Of a DNA stretch of 64,000 bases, positions 63,118-64,000 are shown piece after piece. The DNA comes from Strigamia acuminata (taxonomy: Eukaryota), in assembly GCA_949358305.1 (NCBI GenBank), contig OX442314.1, positions 33,418,001-33,482,000 on the forward strand. Direction: 5' to 3'. The position numbers were made by a program, and so were the translations under genes. The notes below the pieces were generated by a model. It saw only the letters and a program-made list of their open reading frames with translations. It did no database searches and was not told the origin of the DNA. Each line of letters starts with the position of its first letter. Positions within the stretch are counted from its first letter, which is position 1.

Positions 63118-63745
63118 TTACATTTTGCTCGTAATCAATAAATCGAGTTTGAAAAAAATTTGGTCTTCGACTAAATACATCGGCTTCAGCTTAGCTAACG
63201 GCAGGAAATATATAAATCCCCAACTAACATTTTCTGCCTCCAATGGTTTGCTAAAACTATTTTTAGCTAGAATGAAATCCGACATCAGCTGTACACAGTG
63301 ATGCTTCTTATGCATTGACTGATCCAACACACTAATTTGAGCAGAATACTCGATGGGCCACTTAAGAATTGCGTCATTCAGACCTCTGAGAACTTGAAGA
63401 TAAATCGACATATGACTTCCTGCTCCATAACCATCACCGTATGGATTGAGTTGTAGTCGCAGTTTGTAGCCGTACTTGTAACTATAAAAAGGTTCACTGC
63501 ACGCATACGACAGTGTTCCCGATTTTGCCTGAGCTTGAAGCTCTGCAAAGTTGTCCACTTTCCAGATGTAGGGGCATTTGGAAAGATTCTTTGCCAGTTC
63601 GTTTCTCAGTTTGTCTAGATTAAAATCACAAATGTTTTCAATTCACCAAAATCATCATTTTTTAAAATAATTTACTACCGTATTTCATGTCCACTTCTTC
63701 CATCTTGTTCCGTAGTCTCTTTAGGATTTCGCGATCAGTCATCAT
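63118..63745 (-). CDS. TRAF-type MATH domain protein, tandem paralogue, 187 aa (exons 63745-63679, 63614-63118)
   Basis: MMTDREILKRLRNKMEEVDMKY-DKLRNEL, then a TRAF-type MATH domain; same intron position and phase as the 61-kb gene. Confidence 0.9.
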
Positions 63746-64000
63746 TGTTTGTTTTTTCAATATTTTCCGTCAAATTAGCTGCATGGAGATGGTGAGAAGT
63801 GAAGTTACAAATGCAAAATGGCCGATAGTTTTGTCTGTTGTCTTTGGTCACATGACCTGACAAGTGGCGACCTCTTCATACTTGATGGGAGAAACTGACT
63901 GATTATAATGTTGTTAGTTTTTAATGTTTCATAGCAATTAAAGCAATTAAACAACTTTTTTTCTGTATCCATGAGGACCTTAAACATTTGAACATTTTTT

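Overview
AT-rich eukaryotic (invertebrate-like, short GT-AG introns) sequence dominated by nested transposable elements, with a 200-N gap at 12811-13010. The main feature is a 20.6-kb minus-strand Ty3/Gypsy LTR retrotransposon (38311-58881; 673-bp LTRs; 4-bp TSD AAGC; about 14.4 kb once later insertions are removed). It sits in an intron of an IS630/Tc1-like transposase and is itself interrupted by an intact Mag-like Gypsy element and two MITEs. It carries four unusual things. (1) A third ORF that rejoins in frame to 948 aa when a MITE is removed; it has a CxxCxGxG zinc-finger pair and no env hallmarks. (2) Three tandem 3'-UTR RNA hairpins with compensatory base changes and an invariant core. 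(3) At least 15 copies of the palindrome TTGCGCAA across LTR, UTR and coding sequence. (4) A long Pro/Thr/Lys-rich, AT-hook-containing insert between RNase H and integrase. Bases 476-12810 are a near-identical copy of 33812-46147 that ends at the gap, possibly a haplotype artefact. Host-like genes are a spliced tail-anchored membrane protein (two copies), 3' exons of a DEG/ENaC channel, and two tandem 187-aa TRAF/MATH-only genes. Other elements include a 12.4-kb foldback-like region with a MULE-RING transposase remnant, hAT and Mutator MITEs, a two-left-end Tc1 element, and Copia and Gypsy remnants. All calls come from reading the sequence by eye; no searches were run.
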